Assembly: GCF_000181795.1 (NCBI RefSeq)
Contig: NW_003526944.1
Location: 5,106,471 to 5,170,470, forward strand
Reading direction: 5' to 3'
Length of the DNA stretch: 64,000 bases
From: Trichinella spiralis
Taxonomy: Eukaryota
In this document: positions 12,917 to 25,390 of the stretch, piece after piece
How the letters are laid out: each line of letters begins with the position of its first letter
Numbering within the stretch: position 1 is the first letter of the stretch
Made by a program: the position numbers and the translations under genes
The notes under the pieces: generated by a model
Databases searched by the model: none
The model's input: the letters and a program-made list of their open reading frames with translations, nothing else
Told to the model about the DNA's origin: nothing

Positions 12917-13828
12917 AATGGACCCCACTTGTTGGTGTACAATCAGCCCAAATTGAGCACACATCGTGATCTGCTTGTTGCCGATGATCTGTTGGAGTTG
13001 TTGCAAAAAAACACAGGACATCTTTGCTTGCTCGACACTGCCTATTTTGGTTCCAATTACCAGCAACTGTACTTTGAGGAACATTTGAAAAATAGCCGAC
13101 ACTTCGACATCCGTAAAGCGTTGGAAAAGACACCAGACGGTGGTGAACAGTTAGTACATCCGCTGAAATTTCAAGCCTATGCTCGCTCGCTCGGTTTGCA
13201 AAAAGACTGCCATGTCATACTGTACGATCACGGTGAAACCGAAGATTCAATCCTGAGCGCCACTTTCGCCTGGTGGCTGTTCAAAGTGTACAGTTTCGAA
13301 CGCGTGTCGGTTTTGAACGGCGGACTGGCTGCTTGGCAACGTCTGGCGCAACGGAATGCGAATTTACAACTGGCAGCCGTGGAACGTGGTCAACCGGCGC
13401 CGGTAGTTGAGGGCAATTTCATCGCCGGCTGGAATGCGTTTTGGCTTTCCAATTATGCAGACACGTTGGAAGCTTTGAGAAAAAATCGAACCGTATTCGT
13501 CGACGCCCGCCCAACTGGTCACTTCACTGGTCAAGATCGTGACCAATTGGCCGCCAAGGCGGGTCACATTCGGGGCGCAATCAACATTCCCACTGAAACA
13601 CTGCTGACTAAGCAGGGTGCATTCAAGCAGCTGCCAGAATTGAAACAAGAAATGAAAAATAAACGCATCTCAGGCAATCGCCCAATAATCGTCTATGCCA
13701 ACGACGCGTTGCAAGCGTCCGCACTGTATTTCTGTACGGTTCAGGCAGGTTACAGTGCAAAATTGTTCGATGGAGGCTGGACTGAATTCAGCGCCAAAGC
13801 TCCGAACTATTTAATCGATCTGTATTAA
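12917..13828 (+). CDS. Tandem-domain rhodanese (TST/MPST family), catalytic Cys absent; main exon shown, 5' exons uncertain (likely including 12413-12445)
   Basis: The 299-aa ORF has FQAYARSLGL, HVILYD, WWLFKVYSFERVSVLNGGLAAW, VDARPTGHFTG, GHIRGAINIP and LFDGGWTEF. It is preceded by the acceptor ctattcag (12916), which is in phase with a 33-nt exon ending in gtgagt. Confidence 0.9.
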   Translation, partial: NGPHLLVYNQPKLSTHRDLLVADDLLELLQKNTGHLCLLDTAYFGSNYQQLYFEEHLKNSRHFDIRKALEKTPDGGEQLVHPLKFQAYARSLGLQKDCHVILYDHGETEDSILSATFAWWLFKVYSFERVSVLNGGLAAWQRLAQRNANLQLAAVERGQPAPVVEGNFIAGWNAFWLSNYADTLEALRKNRTVFVDARPTGHFTGQDRDQLAAKAGHIRGAINIPTETLLTKQGAFKQLPELKQEMKNKRISGNRPIIVYANDALQASALYFCTVQAGYSAKLFDGGWTEFSAKAPNYLIDLY

Positions 13829-14493
13829 TCATTTCATGACGATTAAAAAAACTGTCAAAGCAAACTGTAGAATACCCCAAAAAACACTCGCTGCACTTCT
13901 TTTGCTTCTACATCTACATGCACACTAGGCCCAAAAGTTTCAAATCAACAAGATGTGCCAATAAAGTTTCGAAGCACCTCAAACTGCTCCTTTAACACAG
14001 ATATCCATCATTTTTTATTAATTACTTGTCACAATTTTCTGCTATTGTGTGCGATGAGAAGGTTCAAAATTCTTCCACAGGCAAAATAAAAAAAAGAACG
14101 TTAAGAAATTTCTTAACATAAAAATACATTAAAAAATATATAATATTTGCACATCAAATAGGAAAGAAAAGTACAGGTTGGATATTTATTAATTTACTTA
14201 CTGCAGATTATTTATCTCGTATGATTGATAACTTAATAAGCAATGACAACATGAACGCTTTGATTTTTCATTTCATAATTTTTCAACAGTTACTCAGTGA
14301 AATGCAAACAAAATTTTGACAGAACAAAATTTTAAAGTACACTATTTGCTACGTAATTCTCAATTCAGTCGTTATTAAAAATTACATATGAATTAGTGGG
14401 GACAATCCAATTCTAAACCTTATACACACGGATGAAAAAAAAATACATATAAATTATAAATAAATAAAATCGTGTACTTGAGAAAATACATTG

Positions 14494-16273
14494 TCACGAA
14501 GCAGTGTCATAAAACTGAATAATACCATATTCACCAGATATCATCCAATGTGGATCGGTCGCTGTCAACTGCTCACTTTGTCCCGGTTTCAAACCAGCTA
14601 CAGTATCTGCTTTAACAGTTCGAAGGGCAAGAATGGGACAAGGTTTGAATCCGATTAAAGCTTGCTCAAACGGCGTCGTTGGTGGCCAATTCAAATCACC
14701 AACCAACTTACGGTAGTTCAAGTCGCCTTTAAAAATAAGCAAGTTTGATTTTTCAAGTTCTTCGTACAAATCCGGTGCGATACGCCGCATTTCATAATAT
14801 GCATAGGGTGATGTCCAGAAGGTATGCTTGGTCAACACAAATGTTCCATTCTTCAAAAAAGTGGACCATCTCGAACTTAGCAGCTTTACGTTACCATCTT
14901 GCTGATTGCTAAAAAGAGTACGTAAAACAAGGTGAAATTTGTGCAGCGTTTACAATTTGTCAGCGCAAATACTTCAAATTATTCAATGTCAATAAAAAGT
15001 CCTCTTCAGTTGTATCGGAGACAAAAAATGGGAATGGTTTTGCATGAAAGCGAACCTTAGATGCCAATTTCAGCTGAAGCAAAGTGTCGGCAAGACACAG
15101 ATCAGCGAAAAGTTCCAAGCCAACATTATCCAATATTATGTCGACGGTGCTATTCGGTTTCGTGGATGATCGTTGCAAATAGGAAAACAAAGCGGGCATA
15201 TTGTTGATCAGAATGAATTTTTCAAGTTTTTTTAAAAAAAGCATATCCAAAGCTTTAGCTTCATGCACCGCTTCTCCACAAGACAAAGACAAGTCGCATT
15301 TGTTTCCCCAAAGAGCAAACTAAAAGCAAACAAAACCTGGTAGAATGACAACGTCATCAGAAATTAACATAAAAGACAAACCTGAACAATGTCTTCGATG
15401 TGCGGTCGTGCTTGTTCCAACGAAGCGCAGTTACAAAACGACAGCATCGTTTCGTTGAACATTTTGGCTAGCGATTCAATCGTTGCATAGGTGGACAACC
15501 AGCTTTGTTCTTTTTGTTTCGCAAACGGATCCCGATCTTTGATTGGCAAACTGTAAAATACTTGAACTCGGTAATTTTTTTCCACTCATCGCTGTATATG
15601 AATGCACTAAATGACAAACTTTGTGTTAATAATTTCCCATATTTTTCGATAAAAATAACATTCGCACAGAAGCCATGGAGCAGTAAACCACGTGGGATCC
15701 AAATTATACTGAAAAAAATTTAAATATCAACAATAAACTGAAGTTAAATTTACGTGAATCACCGTTTTTCACTAACCTTGCCACGGTACTCTGATAAACT
15801 GTTATTCCACATCAATGCATCATTCAGATTGTCTTCAATATTTGCCAATGCCTTGTCTGTAGACAGCTTATAGCGCAACTCTGACAAATGACCAATCGCT
15901 TGACGTACGCAGTCGATACTCCCTTCCTTCAATATATTTATTTATTTAAAAAAATGTAAAGTTCTCCTAAATATTCTGGGTCATAATTAAATAGCCTATC
16001 CATTTATAAAACGTAAATATTGGTTAAAATAACTTTACTAAAAAATACAAATGCATGCAACGTACCTGCGGATTATCAGTACTAGCGAACTGACATCGCG
16101 AACAATGCAAAGTATCAATCACTTTTGTCAAAATTACTGGAAGTCGATCTTTGATGGTTGTGTAAGCAAATGAACTGAATACACAAGACAATTACATTGC
16201 AATAACTATAACAATTCATCAAAAATTACTTTCTGTACTTAGCCGACAAAGCATTTGGCAAAGCTGCGCTCAT
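14494..16273 (-). CDS. ARMT1: Damage-control phosphatase ARMT1 (DUF89) (7 exons)
   Basis: Spliced motifs SFAYTTIKDRLPVILTKVID, PTWFTAPWLLCECYFYRKI, ALWGNKCDLSL, IILDNVGLELFADL, FVSDTT, IFKGDLNYRKLVGD, LRTVKAD. All introns are GT-AG. Confidence 0.95.
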
Positions 16274-17472
16274 TTTATCCAATCACTTACAACGTCAACA
16301 ATATATAAATTCCCTATCCATAAAAAGATTACCAAATAGCAGAAACTGGCTAGATGAAAATCACTATAAAAAATACAGTCATAAATATTTAAAAGTAATT
16401 TAAATTTAACGTAAATTTTTAAATGTGAATTTATCGGTATAAATAAGAAACACAACTGAACCAGAAAACAACATTTAAACTGGACAAAGCTGAGTGTGAA
16501 TAAAGAAAGTACAAATTGTAAAAATAAAATATGAAGTTTTTAACCTGAATAAATAAATAAAGAAATTAAATAAATAACAATAAAAAATATCAGTTATCAT
16601 GACACAGCATAAAATTTATCAATAAAAACTATCTGAAAGGTGAAGTCTAAAAAACGACGCATTATGAAGCATTAAAATGAAATGCAGGTACAAATGTGAA
16701 TTAATTAGTTAGTAAAAAAATTTTGCCTTGTAAATTCTCTGTCAAATTATTAGATGTTTACGCGTAACTCAAACGTTTGCATATTTTCAAATTTATTTAA
16801 TTTAAATTTAACGCATGTAATTTATGTGCAAACGTTGGGCAGGCAGTTCTGTTGTCCATTAAAACTCGCTTTCGATAATGATGCTCAGATTTCGTTTCCT
16901 GACTGCGCTCTCTTCAGCTGAATAGTTTCACTTGGTGTTCGCTTGTTTCTACTCGGACAGGAGTATGGAAATTTCTCCTCTTTATACAGATCACCGCCAG
17001 AGCAACTGTTTTATGAGTCGGTTAAATAGTATTTGTATGAAAATTTATTCAAAAAACACTATTTTATACAAACAGATAATATACAGCAATGAAGAAATTA
17101 TCACACACAATCGCCAAGATGATGACACGTAAGCAGAAACAAACGCAATACTACTACTAAATATAACACAGATGCTGCTGCAGTTTGAAGCCCTTTTTGA
17201 TATACAGATACACATATATGGCAAAAATATTTTAAAAGTTCAATCAGGAATGGAAATCATTCAACTGTAACATTGTTGACGAATGATGCATTTTATACGC
17301 TAGAAATTTCACAAAAACTTCAAGCATCTCTTTGCTGTATTTTTATCAATTTCGATATTATGCCTGAACGTTTTATACTGTAATAAAAAGCGCTCATTAA
17401 CAATTATTTTACCTTTCTGTACACAGTGTTTAATTTGTCACGAATTTGCCTTTTGATGATTAATTCCGAAAA

Positions 17473-18129
17473 ATGAATCGCTTAGGTGTTGACTTCTTCG
17501 ATCGACCATGTGAAACAGTAGCAAAATCACTACTGGGTAAACTACTTGTGAGAGAGATGAAACTGGGAAATGACAAGGAAATTTTTGCTGGCAAGATTGT
17601 CGAAGTTGAAGCTTATCTCGGTGTTGAAGACAAAGCAGCACATTCATACCAAGGTCGTCGAACTGATCGCAACGAGGCGATGTTCATGGAACCCGGCACT
17701 GCTTACGTATACAATATATATGGCATGTATCAGTGTGTGAACATTTCCACCGGTGGTGAAGGAGCGGCAGTACTTCTTCGAGCTGCTTGCCCGTTGCTTA
17801 ACGTTGAAGCCATTCAAAAACTTCGACTGAACAGTAGCAGAAAGCGTAGCTCAAATGCATCGATTAAAATGATAGACTTGTGCAATGGTCCAAGCAAGCT
17901 TTGTCAGGCATTCGGCATAACGAAGCAAAAATTTAACAAAGTAAATTTGTGCAAATCAAATGAACTGTATTTTGCGGAAAGTATCACTCCAGATGAATCG
18001 TTCGAAATTCTCAGCTCACCTAGAATCGGTATTGATTATGCTGAAGAATGGTCGCAGAAACCTTTAAGGTTTTATGTGAAAGAGAGTCCGTTTGTCAGTC
18101 GTGTTAAAAAATTTAAAGTTTCTCATTGA
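17473..18129 (+). CDS. MPG: DNA-3-methyladenine glycosylase (AAG/MPG family), intronless
   Basis: Motifs GKIVEVEAYLG (catalytic Glu), AAHS, YVYNIYGMY, VLLRA, LCNGPSKLCQA, PRIGI, PLRFYV..SPFVS. Confidence 0.95.
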   Translation: MNRLGVDFFDRPCETVAKSLLGKLLVREMKLGNDKEIFAGKIVEVEAYLGVEDKAAHSYQGRRTDRNEAMFMEPGTAYVYNIYGMYQCVNISTGGEGAAVLLRAACPLLNVEAIQKLRLNSSRKRSSNASIKMIDLCNGPSKLCQAFGITKQKFNKVNLCKSNELYFAESITPDESFEILSSPRIGIDYAEEWSQKPLRFYVKESPFVSRVKKFKVSH

Positions 18130-18993
18130 TGCAACAGTTTCTTTTTATTATGTTATTGAAATTTGCATTTTTAAACCATAACACTGCAATTCACTTTGTT
18201 CAACGTTTGCACAAGGTGAAACTTTTGCAAAGCTATATTTTTGTTCCACGTTCTTTGGAAATTATCTCAACGAACATTGTTCATTATAATTTGTGTGCAA
18301 CCAAAATCAACTATCCTGGATTGTATTTTGAATTTTTACCAAAATAAATGTTTGCTGTGTGTAAATTAAGTATGTTTAAATTTCTCAAATTGTAACACCA
18401 AACAACCCGCCAATTATAAATAAGAAAAGAATTGCAGCTTCTCTTCTAAATTACCAAATAAAGTGAAAAAAAGTGACGCGAAAATATATTGACATGCATT
18501 GCTTGTTGATAACATGCCCGTATGTAAAACATCTTGAAGCTACAAAATTGGATTTACTACACTAAGGCAATAAGATACGCCTACCATACTGTAAAAACTT
18601 AATGAAAATCACGTTGTCATACTTATACGGTAGTAGCTTGAAAAAATATTTTTCCAACAAAAAAGTTTTTGAGCATAGATTTTTTTGAACAAAATTCGAC
18701 GTAATAAAAAAAATAATTAAATGCTCATCAAACGTTTTGAAACAATACTAATCGCCGGTGCATTATTTTTAAGAATCGCTTTTAATTTCAATATTAAAAT
18801 ATAGAAAATAAAAAATTTCATGCATTAAACAATGAAGTGATCATCAAGGAAAAGTAAACGGCAAAAAACCATTACCTTTTATAAGATCTATATTAATCAA
18901 ATTGAAACGTTGAATTATAACGCTAAACCAACGATAAATACATCGAATAAGCGGTGAATTTCAGAATGACAAAGTGAACCTGGCTCTTCAGCT

Positions 18994-21900
18994 CTAATCA
19001 TCACTTTCACCTTCGAACGGATTCAACGACTGTACAGATTTTGAAGTATCCTGCTGATGAATTTCACAATTTTCCGCGTCGGCATCCTTGTCAGGAAACA
19101 ATGTCTTCCCAAAATATGAAGTTAAAGTTCCAATAACGTTATTTGTATTCAGAAGCTTAAAAAGAATTATTCTATGAATCGTGTATATAAGAAAATATTA
19201 AAAAAATAAAAAAACTCACTTCTTCTTTAAAACTGTGATTCAGTGCTTCTGATGATGTACTGCTGTCAGTTTTGCACTGATTTTGAAACCGCCTAAATAC
19301 AAATTTCGACCACACTATATATGCATATAATGAAAATGCATTGATTGCTTATTATTTCTCATTATTTCATCAATTCTGTTATTTCCATTTACTAATAAAT
19401 ATACCATATTTTCGCTGAAGTAAAACTTAAATCAAAACACATCAATAATGCTACTTTTTCTAAAGCTGAATGAAACAGCTTTCTGAAAAGCTAACAGAAT
19501 AAATAAAAAACTGAGATTTAAAATATCCCGAAGCTTACTTTTTATCTAGAAGGCATACTGGACATTCGGCTTCACTTTCAGCGTAATTTTCAAAGCAACT
19601 AGAAGAAGAAAACACACGTGGATTCCAGTAGATGGATTAGTAGAGATGCAAGAAAACAAAAAAAAGGAAAAAATCCAATTATTACTGCTGATGATAAGAA
19701 TGTTTGCAAAGAAAGTGAACTGTCGGCGTTTCAAGAATAATATCACAAGCGGTACATTTGGACATTTGAAAAATCTGGGGACTGTAATAAATTTTTGCAA
19801 ATTTAGACAATCTTATGAAAAATATAAAATGAAAAAAATGCAACCAACTTTTTCTGTATGTCGTCGATGATTGCTTCGGTGCGTTTTATTTCATTGCAAA
19901 GACGCAGCGAATCTTGTTCGTCCATTTCAATCGACTGGCTTTCCTTGTCCACCCAGTGGGACAAAAAATCCTGAAAAACACACCAAGCTAACAAACAACA
20001 AAACATGCAGACAGATGACCACCACAACTGCCCACTTTGACGCATGCAAATGTCAACGTTTTGCTTTTCGCCAGAGTTTGCACAGCAAGCATTGGATGAA
20101 CATCTCCGGTCAGTTCACTGCTGGTCAACAACTTTTTCACATATTCTTCAGAAATTGTCGGATCTTCGCTGAAATATTGCAACGCAAAACTCCACAACGT
20201 CCTATCACCACTTTTGCGATCACTGCAACAGAATGCAGAAATTATACAGCATGAGGGGGAAAAAGATAATAAAACCAATCATTTGACCCTCTGTTGGATT
20301 GCAAGGGAGGTATAACTTATATCTTTATGTCACATCAACCAGCTTTCAAAGGTAATGTACTGCTGCTGAAATCAACAAAAGGACGTTTTAAAAATGAGAT
20401 ACACAGTGAAGCTGTACAGACCTTCTTCAGTTTTCTGACAGTCAGAGATGAGCATCTAACGCCAACTCATCGACACTGCTAATTTCAACAGTACATACCT
20501 TTGAAGCCTGGTCAATGTGACATATGGATATAAGATATACTTCCATTGCAATCCAACAGAAGGTTTACATACAAATTTTTACAAACATTCAATTTACCCA
20601 TATTTCAGGCAAGCACTGATCACAGAGTCATAATCTTTCAAAAACATATGATGCTTCAACAGATGGGAATACATTTTCTGACGTTCAAGCAAGTACAATA
20701 TGCCTGGATGATATGCCCACTGGTAACAAAACCGAAGCGCTTCTAACAATGATTGGTTGTCAGACTGGTTGAAAAACAGAGAGAAAGAGAAAAAATGAAA
20801 TTGTTATAAATTTGATAAACAATGAATTTGCTTACAGAAATGTTTTTCAATAACTGGTCAATTTTTCGGGATATCTGCTCTTTAGCAGCATTATTTTCCG
20901 TGGTCGAAGAATATCGTCGCAAATAAGCATACAGTAACAAATTGTACAATTTCACGTCGACTTTATTGGCCTGTTCACAAATGGCAGAGTAACAATCGAC
21001 CAACCGAGTAAATACAGAATAAGAAAAAGAAGAGCAATGGAAAGTTATTACCATCAACGATTGTTCCAAAAATGCTTCCAAACGATCCGGATGAGCAATC
21101 AGACGAAGTACAACAGACTGAACCCAATTTTTTTCTGAACATCCACCTCGTTTTACTGGAACAATTTTTCAATGTTAAAAAATCAAATAAAATACAAAAG
21201 AAAAAGTACACACAATTTTCTCCAAGCAATGCCATCGTTTCTTCAGGAACGTTTTCCAACAACAATTTCGAATAGCGAGTGAAAAATTCAGCTATCTGCA
21301 AAATATGAAAATATCTGCTGAAATAAAATTTCAAAAAAAAAAACAAAAAATTTAAAAAGATAATATTCATGAAATTGCTTGCACACCACATCCGATTCCA
21401 ATGAAGAGATGTAATTGATTGCTTGTTTGAAATCTTTCAAATCGGACACGAGCAAGTCCAAGCAACGTTTCGGATAACCGTGACGCTTGGTCAAAAAAGC
21501 CGCCTGCCTGTAAAGACCAAACTTTCGAAACAGCTTCACCGCAGCTTCAACATCCAAGGGTGCAACGGTTTCTTTGTTCTAAAAAGAGAGAAAACAATTA
21601 TTACATTATTATTATTTTTTTTTCTATTTAAATTCAAAAATTCACCTGAATAAACGAGTTGATTTTGTCGATTGCATTCATCTTGATATAGCAGGATAGC
21701 AGTACATTGGAGTGGTCGACGGTGCCGAGTTTGGCATGGAAAACTGCTTCCAGATATTCGGCCAAATTTTCAATTCGATGCGCATCAAGAAGCTAAAATT
21801 TAAAACATAACCAAGCAAAACAAACGAAAAGCAACTGCTGTATCACTTCACCTTTCGAATCACGTAAGAAGTATCCAACGTGCCTATGGTTCTCATGTAC

Positions 21901-23772
21901 TGCTTGAGCGCGTTGGAATAATCTCGCTTTCTATTTTTCAACAATTCAACTACAAAGCACTGAAAACAATCTGTATCTAATCTCACTTGTAAAAATAGTC
22001 CCCGTAAAATTGATAAATATTCGACAGTTCCCTCTTGCTGACATTGTTTCTCTCTGATACTCTAAAAATGGAATCAACTGACAATATTTAAAATTTCTGA
22101 TACAAATTGTCACTGATTATATATATATATATATGTTGATTGATTCACTTGATTGCCAGGTCGAACAAATTTTTTCGAAACAAAATATCCAACTGCGATT
22201 CAATGCTCATTTCTTTCAAACGGAACAATTTTCCAGATTCCATACACAGTATGAATATGAAATTCCAAGCAATGAAAACTTCGCTGATATCCGGGAACGA
22301 TGCTTCATAAGCTGAAAACATCAATAAAATAAAATTTCAAAAAAAACAGATAACTAGATATAATTTCAATATTAACCTATGAAAGAGTTTTGCATATCGT
22401 AGACGGTCAACGTGACTTTGTCGTCGTTGATTTCATTACTGATTATATGCAACGAATAAGATTAATTAATAATTTTTGTCTGAAAATCTTTTCAATTTCC
22501 ATCATCAATTACTTGACAGAAAGTTCAGAAACGACGATCAAGTAAGGACCATGAGAGAGAAGAATTTTTTTGTTTCCACGAAAAATTTGACAACCACCTT
22601 TTTCTTCGGGCTGGTAAAAGTAGAAGCCCATGTTTCGAGCGACGACAAACTGATTTTTCAGCTCTTCCCCAGCAAGAGCCCAGCATCTACGCATATGCAA
22701 ACCTTCCATTTCTAAAACTGTCTACAAAGAGAGGAATATAATTATAATAATAATAACCATAAATAATTAACCACTGTTCACTTTTGTTATGTCTTTCTCT
22801 TTGAAGCTGATCGTAAATGAAAACGTAAATCTCGTAGTGACCACATAAAGAATCACTGCCTGTGAAGAATGATCGCACAATTCCATGCCAACTATAGAGC
22901 CTTCCGAAGCGCACGTCGAACCATCTCTGATAAGCTGACTTTTCGGCTGTCTTATTAAAAATTGAAAATTCATTCATGTAAATAATTATAAAATTTAAAT
23001 ATTTTCCAACAAACTTTTCCTTGCAAACATCGCCACGGTACAAAAGAATGCTAGAATCCTCGAAGCCGACGACCATCAGCTGACCCGAAGAATCCACCGC
23101 AACACTGGTAACCTTAGAAATGAAAAATAGAATTTTTAATTTTTTGAAAAAAAAAATAATTAAAAACAGCACTTTGACTGGCCGATTTCCAGGACTTGTC
23201 TTTGAACAACGCACGGCGAACGGTTTGCCCTGCTTGTCCAATTTGTCCAAAAGCCAAACTTTCAAATATGGATTCACACCGTTGTCATCTTCCTAAATTT
23301 GAAATAAATAATTATTAAAATTATCATAATTTATTTAAAAAAAAGAAAACAAACGCACGCACACCAATGGAAACAAGCGAATCGCTACTTCTTGGACAGT
23401 ACAACAATGACAAGTTAACTTTGTAAGCTTTGAAATAAGTGTCGTTGAAATCTTTGTCGTACATGTGCACACCACCGACCACTTCGCCAATAAAAACTCG
23501 ATTGCTTTTCCAAGCAACGCATGCAATGTTAAGATCCTGAATAGAAAATGAAAAAGAAAAAAAATGGAATTAATAAAATTAATAATATTTTCTTTCAAAT
23601 TTCACTTTAAATTCTGTGAACGATTCGTCAGCATTTTCAACATCTGCAATCAATTGTCGATCAAAAAACACCAAACGTCTCCAAGACTGAAATTATTGAA
23701 AAAAATAAAATAAAATAAGTAATATTCAAAAAATAAAAATAATTTCAATACTTGAAATAATGAACTGGCCAT
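18994..23772 (-). CDS. VPS11: Vacuolar protein sorting 11 (CORVET/HOPS core subunit), ~20 exons
   Basis: N-terminus ...WRRLVFFD, NPYLKVWLLDK. Solenoid region with LFRKNLFDLAI, YGDYFY, QYMRTIGTLDTSYVIRKLLDAHRIENLAEYLE. C-terminal RING-H2 KCTACDIILETPTVHFLCKHSYHQHCFE...ECPVC. Phases are consistent with GT-AG introns. Confidence 0.95.
20287..20563. mobile_element. Intronic foldback / MITE-like element (~85-bp imperfect inverted arms, ~110-bp spacer)
   Basis: 20287-20372 (ccctctgttggattgcaagggagg...caaaggtaatgtactgctgctgaaat) is the near reverse complement of 20482-20563. It lies inside VPS11 intron 20223-20597. The repeat is certain; mobile origin is inferred. Confidence 0.6.
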
Positions 23773-24096
23773 GATGATGGTTGAACTTTCACGGTCAGAA
23801 TTGAAGTGTATGAAGAAAACAAAAATACCAGCTAACGCCTGCAACAATTCAGATGTAAATTAAAAAAAAAGAATATTTCACAATTATATTATAAACAAAT
23901 AAATCCACCGTATCAATGAATATTATCAGTCTGGAGAAAATGGTACAACTGAAAATGAGAAATAAGAAATTTATTTCGTTCAAAGCGAAAGGCACGACGA
24001 ATTAACTTCAAAAAAAGCGACCCAGTCGCTCGTGTTGTATTTAATAAGTTTAAGAAAAATACATATTTAAATTATTTTTTAAAAAAAAGAAGTGCT

Positions 24097-24939
24097 TCAA
24101 AATTCAACTGAAGAATTTCGATGCTGCAAAATGTTGTCAGCTGGAAAAAGTGTCAACGCATCGTTCTGCTGTGAATTGTTGTCGTATTCATCCAAAAGTT
24201 TCACAGCACTTTCGTCATGTACTCGTCGTATACCACTGCTGCTACTGCCATTATTAGTAATTATGAGATTATTGCTGTTGTTGGAATTGAACTTTTTCGA
24301 CACAGCTCGACGCTTCATCGTGAAATTATCCACCACCCAGAACATGATTGTGTTGATCAAAAATGGAAACACAAGTATAACTAGAGTTACTTCGACTTTG
24401 GGATTACGAATGGGACTGAGCGCTATTTCACGAACCGATTTCCAGAATCGCATCAACAACAGCAACGTGACAAAAAACTTCTCGATCACGGATAAAATAA
24501 CAAAAGCCAAACATTGATGCAACCAGGGTCTGCATTGGGGAGGGTCGCCGTATTCGCCGAATCTCAGCGTTGACCAGTCTTTGCGACACGAAGCCACGGC
24601 AGTGACCAATTTCACTCCTGTATAGATGATCAGCAAACCCAGTGTAGAGTCGAGCAAGAAGCTGACAAAATACCAAGTACAAGGATCACCACGAAACACG
24701 CCGGCCAGGAAAATATTCATCGCGTGTATTACGGACGAGCCGACCGCTTGTTTCGACGTGTCGAAAAACCAAATGGTCCACGGGCGTCTGGTCTGCTTCG
24801 GCTCGAGAAGACGCTTCACAATTAACGAAGCGAATGCCAGAGTGGCCAGTATTAATTGTATGGACAAACCATAACTATCGACCAAATCTTCAGCACGACA
24901 ACGCACACCGTTTGTCGAATCAGCAACATTCGTTGCCAT
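24097..24939 (-). CDS. STIMATE: Store-operated calcium entry regulator STIMATE/TMEM110, intronless CDS
   Basis: Motifs KRLLEPKQTRRPWTIWFFDTSKQAVG, DPCTWYFVSFLLDSTLG, FGEYGDPP, MFWVVDNF. First in-frame ATG at 24939. Confidence 0.93.
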   Translation of the reverse strand: MATNVADSTNGVRCRAEDLVDSYGLSIQLILATLAFASLIVKRLLEPKQTRRPWTIWFFDTSKQAVGSSVIHAMNIFLAGVFRGDPCTWYFVSFLLDSTLGLLIIYTGVKLVTAVASCRKDWSTLRFGEYGDPPQCRPWLHQCLAFVILSVIEKFFVTLLLLMRFWKSVREIALSPIRNPKVEVTLVILVFPFLINTIMFWVVDNFTMKRRAVSKKFNSNNSNNLIITNNGSSSSGIRRVHDESAVKLLDEYDNNSQQNDALTLFPADNILQHRNSSVEF

Positions 24940-25390
24940 TGGTGAAGCATTCAAAAATAAAATTCATCCTCTAAAAACATCTTCTCTTTGCCATATCATC
25001 ATCATCATCATCAATGAACAAACAACTTATTCTATATTACACATTTACACACACACACATGTGTATTTTGGTAAACTTTTCTTTTCTTTATCCAAATTAA
25101 ATTGTTTCCAAATCTATAAAATCGCAATTCAATTAACAACTGAATATTATCATCAACATACAAAACATCATCATCATCATATATATAGCTTCAAAGCTAC
25201 CAGTATAATTCATCTGAATTCATATGACAAAAACTATGTTGACAAAGAAAGATATGGCCATTTTTAATTTCACAATATACCTAAAGCTCTTGGAAAAAAA
25301 ACAAAACAAAAAATGCAAAAGGTAAATAATACTTTTTGAACAAAACAGTAAAGCAGTGTTTTTTGAACAAAAGTAGCAATTCGCTTGATT

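Noticed and set aside
16850..17010. RNase P/MRP-like RNA
   Set aside because: Only a loose GGAA...UCUGAG resemblance, with no complementary 3' P4 strand.
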